Origin: Lama glama
Taxonomy: Eukaryota
NCBI GenBank assembly: GCA_028534125.1
Contig: CM052817.1
Span: forward strand, 21,950,001 to 22,014,000
DNA: 64,000 nucleotides
Reading direction: 5' to 3'
Notes under the pieces: generated by a model
Database searches by the model: none
The model's input: only the letters and a program-made list of their open reading frames with translations
What the model was told of the DNA's origin: nothing
Shown: positions 1 through 11,272 of the stretch, piece after piece
How the letters are laid out: every line of letters starts with the position of its first letter
Position numbering within the stretch: position 1 is the stretch's first letter
Position numbers and translations under genes: made by a program

Positions 1-677
1 TACTAGTATGACATATATAATCAACTTGTATGAAAATAGTAGGGATGTCCCACCTATAACTAATATTGGCTTTTTATAAGCCACATTTTTAGTAAAATAT
101 GGGCTAAAAAAAATTGAGTGGTTTACTCTAACAATCATCCAAAATCTCTCTCTCTCCCAACCTCTCACTCTCTTTTAGGAAGAGACTGTATAGTCTTCCT
201 AAAACTTTGATTCACTTCCATTGTGATTAATGTTGACCTAATGTTAATCATTATATGAAACCATCATGATTTGTAAGGTAGTTAAAAAGCAAATATATGG
301 AACACTTGTAATAATGTTTTTTTTGGGGGGGCATGGGTAACAGATCTGTACCATTAAACATGAAATTAAGTAGTGTTTTAAAATATAATATTCCCTGTAG
401 CAAGTCTTAAAATTATTTCTAGCATGTTTTACATTATTCATAATGTCTTAGCACAGCATAGAAACTTTTGTCTCTTCTGAACAAAGAGTGAGAGGTAAGA
501 GGTACGCCTGAATATAACTTATGAGTACAAAAATGATTTACATGAATGAGGGATTCTGCTTTGGGCCAAGATAGAATACCTGGAGCCAACGGAAACATTC
601 CTCCTCCACTCCCACCAAAGAAAATAAATATGTAAAATAGTAGCCTATAAGGCATAGGGTGTAAATCTCAGAGACAG

Positions 678-1703
678 TGCAAAAGTTAAAATCAAATTAA
701 ATTAAAAAGAAAAAAAAAGTCATTGCCATGACTGCCCCAACTAGCTGACTTAAGATCTTGTTTTTAGGATGTGGTGCATGGAAAAGGAAATCAATGAAAG
801 CCTGACATATGCCCAAGTTGAGGAGATGGAGCTGAGAGTCCAGGATAACCAAGGGGGCTCAAGTTTCCAGAACAGAATACTGCGGAGGTGAGACCTGCCC
901 TGAGAGAGAACAGAAGAGATCGGCAGAGGATCCGTCACGAGTATACGATTGAGAGTGAATCTGCGCATGCACACGGGAAACACTCCCACACTGTCACTAA
1001 CTTCTTTCCAGTGTAGGAGAATCAGCGTACACCAGAAAAGTGAACTGTCTTCAGAGAACACTCTGGTTACATTGAAGACAAGGGAGCCTGAGGGGGAGGG
1101 AGAGCGGTATCAGTCAGGATGGTCTCAATGTTTCCCTAAGCTTCAGTGAACTCCGGACGGGCCTCTTCCCGACTGCATCCTGAACTTCTTTTTTTTTGGA
1201 GCTCTAGAACAACTAGAGTTCCAGTGCTCTAGAAAACGTGCCCTTGTAAATTGTTTCTCTGCCTTTTTGAGATGTAAATTTTTATAAAACTTTCCTCCTC
1301 CCGGTTGTACAGCCCAGTGATGCCTTTCTCAAGAATCCGAGAGAGCTTGCCTTTTGAAATGTAATCAGAAAGGAAGATAGCGCCTATATTTCTCAGCCTC
1401 TGTGGGAGGGTGGGAGTCCAACTTCCATGGAAATAAATTTGCAAACGCAGATGATCTAATCACAGAGAAAAACAGTTACCAGGTCAGGAATAACTCAACA
1501 CGTTTGACACATCTCATTGACCAAACTCTCTAGTAATATCCTCCAGTACTTTTCCACTAGCTTATCCCAGTCCTTTAAAACCCTCTCCCGCCTTTTGTTT
1601 CAGTGGGATTGAGTTCAGACTGAGTTCTGGCTTCTCTCCCTTAGCCTTGAATAAAGTCTCCTTCGCCGGTTTAATTTTTTACATGCTGAATTTTACTTTG
1701 ACA
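678..1703 (+). mobile_element. ERV1-class solo LTR (MER34/MER39-like), interrupted by a nested insertion at 772-1116
   Basis: Termini TGCAAAAGTTAAAAT ... ATTTTACTTTGACA form an imperfect inverted repeat (TG...CA). AATAAA near 1649. Internal motifs ggtctcaatgtttccctaagcttcagtgaactcc and cttgtaaattgtttctctgcctttttgagatgtaaat resemble MER34/39 LTRs. No clean TSD seen. Confidence 0.75.
772..1116 (-). mobile_element. Nested 345-bp LTR-like insertion with 5-bp TSD GGATG
   Basis: TG...CA ends flanked by GGATG at 767-771 and 1117-1121. More GC- and CpG-rich than the flanks. Removing it restores a contiguous host LTR. No canonical AATAAA, so strand is tentative. Confidence 0.5.
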
Positions 1704-2199
1704 GTGTGTTACCTGATAGTTGCAGGATGCACTGGGATTTTTATTTTCAAGCATATAATGGGCTTCTATAATTACACAGTGGAATATTTGGGAAAGTTGG
1801 AAAGCCGAGTGGATTGACTAGAGAAAGGAAGTACGAACCCATAAGAAGCTAGGATATACTGAAGGAAGGGCAACTCAAATGCTTACATTCTGTGATGTGA
1901 ATCAGAATAATAGCGACATGGGTCCCAGTAGAAGTATGTTGCCCCAGGCTTCACAATACAACAGTTCCCAGAAGAGTGTGGTAAAGGTGAAGACAAACTC
2001 CTCCCCAGCAGAAATTGCTGCAGCTTCCTGGGTTATGCTATTTTAGAAAATGACTTCATCATCTTTTTCTATTGACCACAAGGAAAAGAATTATTTCTAT
2101 TTGTCCATGGACCAAATTCATCCTGTATTTATGAAGACTGAAAGCCCTGTTTTTCTTGTATTTATTTTTACCATTATGCTCCACATTCTAGTTTGATCC

Positions 2200-2345
2200 A
2201 TTATCTAATCCTATATGTCTAGTTTCCTCACCTGTAATTTGAACATAACATGACATGAGGTAGTTGCCAAAATTAAATGAATTATTATATGTAAAGTTCT
2301 TAGGACAGTGTCTAATTTAGTTAGTGTTTTGTAATTATCTGTTAT
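2200..2345 (+). mobile_element. MIR SINE fragment
   Basis: MIR core-like ctagtttcctcacctgtaa ... attaaatgaattattatatgtaaagttcttaggacagtgtct. Confidence 0.7.
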
Positions 2346-3849
2346 TATTTTCATTATTAATGACAGTCAAGGTAAATCAGCAGATGTGGGAAAGAACTTC
2401 TTTACAGTGGGTTTTTTTCTTGGCAATTGGGAACACAATAGGATATGGATTTTGCACCTGCCCCGAGTTCATTCCTTATTTCTCAACTTTTCATAATGTT
2501 TCTAAATCATCACTCTTCTGTAAAATTTTACTCACCGACTTAATGCTTAATCAAGAAGTAGCCCATTTCATTTATAATTTGAATAAAACAATTTACTCCA
2601 TGTGCATTACACAGAAAGGATTTTTGTTTTTTTTTTCTTTCGTCAGTGAGGTACATTGAAACTCTAGATGAATAGAGTTTACAATTCTGAAAGCATAAAA
2701 CACTCAGAATGGTTGTTTATATTCAAATAACAAAAAAGATGGTAAGTAAATCTTGATGAATCATGATACTGAAAGATAGGCTATATTTATAAAGATAAGG
2801 CTTCATTTTCTGTTTTTTTTTCCATAAATAAGTTACAGTAAGTTATATGTTTGTTGCAAGTTAATGTAGTCTTTGCATCTCATCTCTGATTCATACAGCA
2901 TTTTACATTAAATCAGAAAGCAGACAGAGACAGACAGCTTTTTTTGGATGTACTGTTGTTCTGTGTAATAAAAAAAAAAACCTAGCAAAAGTAATCCAAC
3001 CAAAAATATATCTTTAATTTTGATTCACTGTAAACTCATATTATTTCTAGAAATCTCTATGATCAAGAAAAAGGATGTTATTTGAATTATTAAAGTTAAG
3101 TTGCTCTGGGTCTATGAGTCATTTTTGTATGTCAAAAAATAATCAGTTGTTTAAACAGGAACAACCTGGTATCTCCCATTGTGCAGTAAATATATTTATT
3201 ATTGAGATCATAAGAAAACAGTTTTTATAAATCCAGCATCGTTGTGTGAGCTATATAAACTTACTAGTCTCTGAGGTAAGGTTGCAAAACAAAAAACAAA
3301 CAAAATGGTATTTCTAAAAGCCTTATGGGCTTTTGCCTTGCTGCGTCATTTCAAGTGGCTGCATTTACATGCTTAGTACATCCCAAGATCACTGTAATTC
3401 AGCTACAATTAAGTTCTCACTTAGGGTTCTGACATCTTCCTTTTATGCCTTTTATATTTCTTAACTTAAAAAAAAAATTTAAAGGAAGAATCATTACAAA
3501 CTATAAATTACCTGTTCCTGCTTCAACTAAAGGCATCAGCAGGTAATGATCATTTCAATCTAACAAAAAAGATACATGATTTGTGTGCGTGTGTGTTAGC
3601 ATGCCATTGTACCTCCATTTAGGGCATGTAACGTAGATCATTATTCATCTGAAATATACGGTAAAGGTATTTTAAGTAACAATTATAATAACATAAAGCT
3701 TTAGAATTGTGTCTAAATAGACATATTGCCCCTTACAATTAAAGAAAGCTACATATTATTCAAGCTGCAGATTAATATGTTTATTGTCATATGGAAGGCC
3801 ATAAAATGTTCCTAAGTATGACAGTTAAGTAACATTTTCTGCTTTTAAA

Positions 3850-4000
3850 TGTTTTTGTTTTATTTTATTTATTTAAATATTAAATATTTACTTAAATATA
3901 TTAAATATTTATTTAAACATTCTAATATTAAATATTTATTTAAATATTTTTGTTTTGGGGTTTTTTGTTTTAATTTTTAAAAATTTTTGTTTAATTTTTT
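3850..4000. repeat. AT-rich low-complexity tract with repeated aaatatttatttaaa units
   Basis: Directly visible; almost no G/C. Confidence 0.85.
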
Positions 4001-5716
4001 TCCCTCATAATTCTCAACAGCATCACTTGGGAAACTTTATTTTTTGTTTTCAGCTGTTTATTAATCTTCACCATTAGCAGTTTTCTTAGTCTTCATCTTA
4101 GTTGTCCAGACAGTCTTATATCTGAGCTTTTCATCATGAGTGTTTATTTTAACTAGATAGTTCAGTACTCACTATACTGATGTCAAAATAAAAGGTCATT
4201 TATATGCGTCTTCAATCAAATACCATGAAGTACTGATTTGTACGTTGGTTTCATCATTCTGGAAATTTCTGATATTCAGCCTAGGGAAATTCTAGTGAAA
4301 TTCTAGTGAAAAAAAAAACTGGTGAAATTCACTCGTGTTACCAATTAGTCACATGAAATTTTTATGTCATTTAAAGAAAACTAGATTCATAATTTTTGAA
4401 AACATAGTAAACACTCATCTTCTTATCTCTTATTTTCTTAACAAGAAAAAAATATAAGGAGATAAACAAAGTAGGTTTTTGAAATGTGAATATATTTCAT
4501 ACTCCAGGAACCAGACTAAAAGGAATACATGTGTATAGTACTTGGAATCTGCTCAAGTATTCATATCTCAGTGCATCATTTCCATTATATGAGTACGTTC
4601 CACCAAATGGACTTTCTCCTCTGACTTGGATGATTACAGAATTTCTTGATTGCACAAAATTTGTTTCAGGTGACTCTATTGAACCCAATAATCCTCAGAA
4701 ATTCAAATACTTCAGATTAAAGGATAGTAACACTGAATCTTGCTTTATCGGCTGTCTTCAGGCCAAGGAAGCACCTATACCAAAATCGTAGTATATTGTC
4801 CACTCCATTATATTGTCTATTCTGTTGGTCTCCCAGAAGGAGAATGCCAAGACATCTTGGTCACCATCTGTTTAGGGAAGAACTCAGCCTGCTATTCTTT
4901 TGAGAGGATTTGCATTCTGATAAAAATGTCATCGAATCCTGCCTTCTCCCTGTCCTCCTTGTGGCTTCCACTTCTGCTTGGAAGCAAGGGATACACAGGT
5001 TAATTTTTCTTGGTTATGACTAATTAATTTTCTCATCTGTTAAGCTGCTTTTGTAACTCAGCTTGGCCTTGATTGTGCTCTCCTAAGGACAAGGATTCGA
5101 AGCCCAGCTCTAAGCATGGGCACTCCTATGATCTTCACCTACCATTTTAGCTCCTTTCCCAAGCTCTTGGTGCCAAAGCTATTTTCCTTCTACTATAATG
5201 ACATTTCTTTCTGCTGACTCCTTTTCATTTAATACCCTTACATCAAAATATACTTCTCTGCCTTGAGTATTTTCCCACATGTTGCTCAAGGGAATATTGC
5301 AGGTGCTGCTCCAGCACTGTTCCTGCTGTGTATCCCAGGTTAGAAATCACAGAAACTATGGATACCACCAAGACACCAAAATTATCCAAATATATACACA
5401 TGCACACATCTCCATGTATATAAATAAGTGTTGGGTTTGTTTTTATGCTAGATTTATACAGCTAAGAAGTAAACCGTCAACCTTTTCCATTTATATCACA
5501 TGCAGCAACATCACCTTCTTCTAGAAGAAAAGAACTATTTGGTTGTTTACCATTCTAAGTAGTCATTTAATTTCTAATACCTGAGGATTAAGAATGGTCC
5601 TGGAAATGATGAAATATTCATCTCTTTATATTCTCATACACACCCATGCAAATAACCAACAATTCCATTAGATCAGGCACATTTAACACATCTGTTTCAG
5701 AACAAACTGTCTAAAG

Positions 5717-5800
5717 GAAATTACCATTAACCAGTAGAAATATTATGTTGGTATTTATGAAATTACCATTAAAACCAGTAGAAATACTATGTTGTTACTT
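5717..5800. repeat. Tandem duplication of ~42 bp (2 copies)
   Basis: gaaattaccattaaccagtagaaatattatgttggtattt followed by gaaattaccattaaaaccagtagaaatactatgttgttactt. Confidence 0.9.
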
Positions 5801-7231
5801 GGGAAAACTCTTAAATAACTCAATACTAATTTTTACCAAAAATGATTTACAGTACTATTACAAAAATCAGTATCTAAGACCAACTCGCTTATATATAAGA
5901 TGAAGTATTTATCACACAGAATTCTTACAGTAATACACTAGCTCGGAATCATTCTCTTCTTTAGCTTTCTCAGGGGAGGTTAATAGAAACTAGAATTTTT
6001 CTTAACTCTGCAGTCTTTTCTGTGTCTTCATCTTTGACATTTATCTACTGTTCTCTTGTAGAGTCCCTTTATGGCTGACAACTTTTAGAGATGTGTCCTT
6101 ATTTTTCACAAAGGCAGTTTCTTGTAAAAGTGATAGTCCATTTCCCAGCTGCCCTTTTGCATCCTCCTCAGTCAAGGATAGTTTTCCTGGAAAGTGAGAT
6201 TCCAACGACTTACTAGAGATTCTGACACTTAGGTTTATATATTACCTTCCTAGTGAAAATGAACTCTACCTTCCTGGCATACCTGTTTTAAAGTTTCAAC
6301 TTCCTCAGTCTTCATATTAGCTGAATCATGCAGAGGGATCTCCTTACCTGGATCTTTTGATTTCTACATTTTCCTCCCAGCCATTGTTAGAGCCAAATGT
6401 TTTATAAGAATGTTTCTCTCCTGAACCACAGGTGTTTCTAAGAATATTTTTTTCTCCTCTAGAATAACTCTTTCTATTTTATCATTTGGATTAATGACCC
6501 TCAAGGACCATTTGAGACATTAAAATCACACCTCCTCCATTCTTTTTTTTAATGTGGCACTGTTAAAGAGTATTAAACATATATTGTCCTGAAATGGTAG
6601 AAATTGATGAGCTTTTCCAGAAATTCCTTCCCAGCTGTTACTCTTAACACTGTTTTTCATTCTAGCTGGATCTCCTTTTTATCAAAGTTGTCACAGAAAC
6701 TTGCTCACACTTCCTGCTGCTTGCTAGGCCAAATTCTTGACTATCTACGATCCCATTCTGCAGAGAGCATAGCCCTCTAACATGAGTGTAAAGAGACAGA
6801 AATGTAATACCAGCTGTCTAGGTTGCTCTGAACCACGGTACAGAATACCAGGAGGAGAGAATATACTTTTTTCCTGTTTTGGGTCCTTAACTCTAGGCTT
6901 TTTCCCCATGCATCGATGTCTATTAAATTAGCCAAAGCATCATGGGCATTCACAACTACATGATTTACTGACTAGCATTGACCTGGAACAAAAAGATCAG
7001 CTATGTACCTAGCAAGATAGTAAAGAGGTGGGGGAACTGGGGAGGTGCGAAGTCTCTCTCTTTCTTTGATGTATTAGTTATGTTTTTTCTACATGGCGTT
7101 TAACAGAAAATCCTCCCAAATTTATCTGTGAACACTAAGGAAGAACCAGCCTAGTCAAGGTCTTATTTGCTATTTACTTCATTTATATATGTTTTATCAC
7201 CATGATATTACTAGCATAAGGTGGTGGTTCT

Positions 7232-7245
7232 GTTGCCAAGGCAAC
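7232..7245. promoter_or_regulatory. RFX X-box-like palindrome
   Basis: GTTGCCAAGGCAAC, one mismatch from the canonical GTTGCCATGGCAAC. Function untested. Confidence 0.35.
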
Positions 7246-8284
7246 TGAGATGTTTAACTCCACTTGTTAGAATCCCTGCTGAGTTCTTGGCTGTCTTCAC
7301 TTTTTTTTTTTTTTTGAGTAAAGAATAAAATCCACTTCTTGTTTCTCCATACTTTCTTTGCTGATTACCTCTTCACCAAAGAGTGGTTCTCACTCCCATT
7401 TAAATCTGAATGAACTATACAATTTTTCTTGCACATATTAATTTATTTACTTCTAATTATAATTGCCTACGTTGGTGCCTTTTGTCTCCTCCTATACCAT
7501 AGATATTTCCTCCAATCATTATTTCTCATGCGTAAGGAACCGCACGTTATTTATATTTAAGGAATGGATAAAAGTAGAATAGAAAAAAATATGCAATGAG
7601 AAAGGGTGATCAGAGTTTTGGAAGGAAAATCTAGAAGTCAGTGGATCTCAAAAAGCAAGGGACAGGATCAAGAAAGAGGTATAATCAAGCTTAGCAAATA
7701 ATGGGGACCACTGGCATATTTGAGAAGAGGGAATTGTAGTAGAAATTTAGAATATTTAAATCCAGTATGTTATGTTTTTCAAATGTCTACTTCACATTGA
7801 CTGTTCCTCCACACATACTCAGTGCATGGTTATTTTATAACTGATAGTGACTGTAGTGGTAGGTGCTTTGCTTAAAAACTAAACCAAACCAAACTTATGT
7901 TTTGGGTACAATGTTAAGTGCTTTACTTTTCTTGATGACTTTTGATTATTAAAATATCAACTAATTAAAAACAAAGAAAGCAAGAAATAAAAAGTAAGTA
8001 TAAATGTTCAGAAAACATTATCACTAGGGAATATAGATGGAACTGAAATCATTTGAAGTGATAATCAAATTTTGCTGATTCACCTATTTTGAGCATTCTT
8101 TTCAATACGAGAAGTATTTATTTTTAAGCAGTCAAATAACAAAAATTTGAAAAGGCCTATGAGTTTTCTGCCTGAGGTAGCTCCTTTCCAGAAGTGCCAC
8201 TTTCTCCTGTATCTCTTTTCCAATGACCCACTCCTGATTTTCTCACCCTTCTGTAGCCCCCCTTCACTTTAGATCTGGGCTGAA

Positions 8285-8708
8285 TGCAGTGCAATGACAT
8301 TGCAGCACCTCTGAAGCTGTATCATAAAACCCGATGGCTTCTGTCTGGATTATTTGGAATCTTCGATCTTGAAACTTATCTCAGAATCCAGTCACCATGA
8401 CTTAGGAAGCTCAGGCCACACTTAGAGATTATATGTTCATCTGCAGTTCACAACCCCCCTGAGCAGCCAGTTGATAGCCAGTATCAACTACCATCAAGTG
8501 TATGAGTCCCCTTGGGCCTCTAGCACTATCAAAGCTTCAGATGACAGCAGTGCCATCTAACAACTGATTGCAATTGCTTGAAAAATCCCAAACAAAACCA
8601 ACTCAAATAAATTTAGTGATCCATCAGTCATGAAAGGTAAAAATACACTACACTTTAAAGCCACTAAGTTTTAAGGGTTTTGTTTTGCAGTGATAGATCA
8701 CCAAAACA
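8285..8708 (+). mobile_element. MaLR LTR (MLT1F/G/H-like)
   Basis: MLT1 3' end tttaaagccactaagttttaagggttttgttttgcagtgatagatcaccaaaaca; internal ccagtcaccatg...aggaagctcaggccaca. Confidence 0.8.
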
Positions 8709-10559
8709 GATCTTAAGAAGATGCTTTATTGCAAACTGTCACTTCTCTCTAGCCTCCTATTCCACACCCTGTTCCAAAGGGGGAAAAAAAAGTATTAAAA
8801 AACAAAACCAAAAAAAGCCTGAAAGACACAATTGGACCTGCATTAAAGAGACACTCCAGGATTAAGCCACCAATTACTGTAGATATGACCCCTTTATTGA
8901 TGTTAACTTTAGTCAAGGATTGTTGATTTACATGATTTTTTTTTGTACATCTGGATACATAAGAAATTGACTGAACTATTGAAAATGCAAATGGTTACTT
9001 TTAAATATTATATTCTTTCAAAAGTTCCCATTGTTTATTTGAAAATAATAAAAGTTCTATCTTCTTATCTTGATGTCGGCTGTCAAATAGGTAGTATCTG
9101 AGTAAATTTCCTTTTGGAATTTTATGGAAGCAGAGTTTCGAGTAGTTTCGGTTGAGTAATTTTGTTCTCTTTCTTGGTATGTTTTAAAATTTTATTGTGT
9201 TGGTTTTATTTTGTTTGTTCTTTTAGTTTATATCATATGAAAGTGATATATCTTCATAGAAGAAAGTACAGATATCCAAAATTAGATAACAAAAACTGTA
9301 CAGAACTTGACTTTGTATGGAAAAACAAATTTTCTGTGCATATACATTAAGTATTACATGTTTTTTGTAGAAAATTTGATTCCACTGACATTTTGTTATA
9401 TCTGTACTTTATATGCATATTAGTAACTTTGAACATGTTTTTCTAACATAAATTATGCTATCATATAATTTTAGTGGCTTCATTTTTTTATTTTATGGAT
9501 ATATGAGAATCTGTTTAGCATTTCCTACATAGGTATTTTTATAATCATGAAATAGGTTGGAAGTTATCAAATTTTATATTTTAAAACTAATTCCATACAC
9601 AATTAAAATAATTAGCTAGAATACTTATATTTTAGGTATAATTATTGTGTGACTAATCAGCCCTCACACTCATTAAAAGAAAATACTAGAATATATACCT
9701 GTTCATTTAGACATAAATGCATTTATTTCTTGTCTATTCTAGGAGCACTCATTCTATTAATGAATGCAGGAATTACAAAGGCATATTTTGTCTCACTTAT
9801 TCAGTCAAAACAGGGAAGAAATGTATTGTATTTATTCAATTGAAATAAATGTCAGAGAAGGGAAGATAACTGAATTGGGCTATTACAAAGACTTTTAGAA
9901 TAAGAAATTAACATTGAATTGCATATGTATTTTACTTTTAGTGTGCCAGAGACATACTGAATTGAAATTTATATCTCAAAAGGTCTATAGGAATAGGAAT
10001 TGAGTCATTTAGTAAATTATTAAATTGTACTCTAAGAGTCATTAGCTTAAAAGTTTATTATTGGATTAATTTATGCTATCACAGGATTTCTTCCATATTT
10101 TATATTCTTTTCAGACTCTTCTACATTTTCTGAAGGTTATAAAGGGCTTAAGAATTATATTACAAGAGGACAGTTTTTCTTTTCTTCAAGTTGGTTTACA
10201 CACAGGCAGAACTACAGGCAAAGCAGGAAACATAATTCAGTGTTTTACATGTCCACATTACAGTAATTTTTTTTCCTTATAATTCATCTGTGAAATTAGG
10301 CAGTGGAACATAAGCTCTAAGTGTACCTGTTTTAGGTAGGATGGTGTTCATTTTACTCCTTAACTTATTTATTTAAACTATAATCCGTGGTTCTTTGGTT
10401 TGAGAGAAGAGTTTAGCGTTACTGGAGAGAAAACAAGCCAGATTTCCAGTCACTCTATTAGTATCTTTGCGTACAAAGGATGTTGACTACTGGTTTTCAG
10501 AATTTTCTTCTTGAATCAGGAAAATCAAAAATTTTTCTTTGAATGTCCCATAAATACTC

Positions 10560-10930
10560 GCTTGCAAAATACCTGAAGCTGAACTCATTACTCTCTCTCA
10601 AAATATGCCCTCTCCTTCACTTTCCATCTTGGTGAATGATACTAGTCATTTAATTAAAGTCCCAAGGTCTTCCAAGATACATTTAGATTACTTCATTAGC
10701 TTTGAAACTGATTTTCCTGTTTTCTGCCTGGTCACAACCTAATCAATTTTACTATTATTGCAAAATGTTTCTAAAATTCAAATCCATTCATAATATTCCC
10801 TTGTTTAAAAGTGCTTAATGATGCCCCAGTATTCGGAAGTTACTGTTCAAAATTTTTATTTTAACGTCTAAGAAAGGCCTTCATCATATGACTGTTGCTT
10901 AAAATTTCTCTCTACTATTCTTCATATATA
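10560..10930 (+). mobile_element. L2 LINE 3' region fragment (continues ~11275-11510 after an MLT1 insertion)
   Basis: L2-like gctgaactcatt...ttccatcttggtgaatga...aaatccattcataattcccttgtttaaaa. Confidence 0.6.
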
Positions 10931-10932
10931 CT

Positions 10933-11272
10933 TGTACCAGTTAAAATTATATTTAACTGCTAGTAACAAAAACTCAAAAACAGATTTTTAAAGCAAACAT
11001 CATTTACTTCTCACAAAAAAATGTCCAGCTACCTGTGTCCTAGGCAGCTGGATAGAGAAAGGGTCAAAGAAGCTTGTCTACCTTTCCTTAAGAATTCTTT
11101 CAGGTGACATTAAAACTGATACTCACCTGCATATCTTTAGCCAAAATTTTGTTATGTAGTCCTACCTAGATTTAAAGAAGGACCAGATATTCTTGTGATT
11201 AAAGAGTCAGAGAGAACTGATAGAGGAATAAAGATAAGTCATGTTTGATAGGCAACTAGAGTTTTTTCTATA
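10933..11272 (-). mobile_element. Old MaLR LTR (MLT1J/K/L-like)
   Basis: Begins tgtaccagttaaaattatatttaactgctagtaacaaaaactcaaaa, the reverse complement of an MLT1 3' end; ends ...gataggcaacta. Confidence 0.6.

Noticed and set aside
778..891. Short ORF MEKEINESLTYAQVEEMELRVQDNQGGSSFQNRILRR with an ITIM-like LTYAQV
   Set aside because: Only 37 codons and inside an LTR-like insert. No downstream lectin or Ig exons are visible, so it is likely chance.
4486..4791. 101-aa ORF in apparently unique sequence
   Set aside because: Non-ATG start, no recognisable domain, no convincing splice sites.
11121..11129. Perfect minus-strand donor CAG|GTGAGT (similar site at ~34105-34112)
   Set aside because: Isolated donors inside or beside old TEs without a supportable exon; expected by chance.
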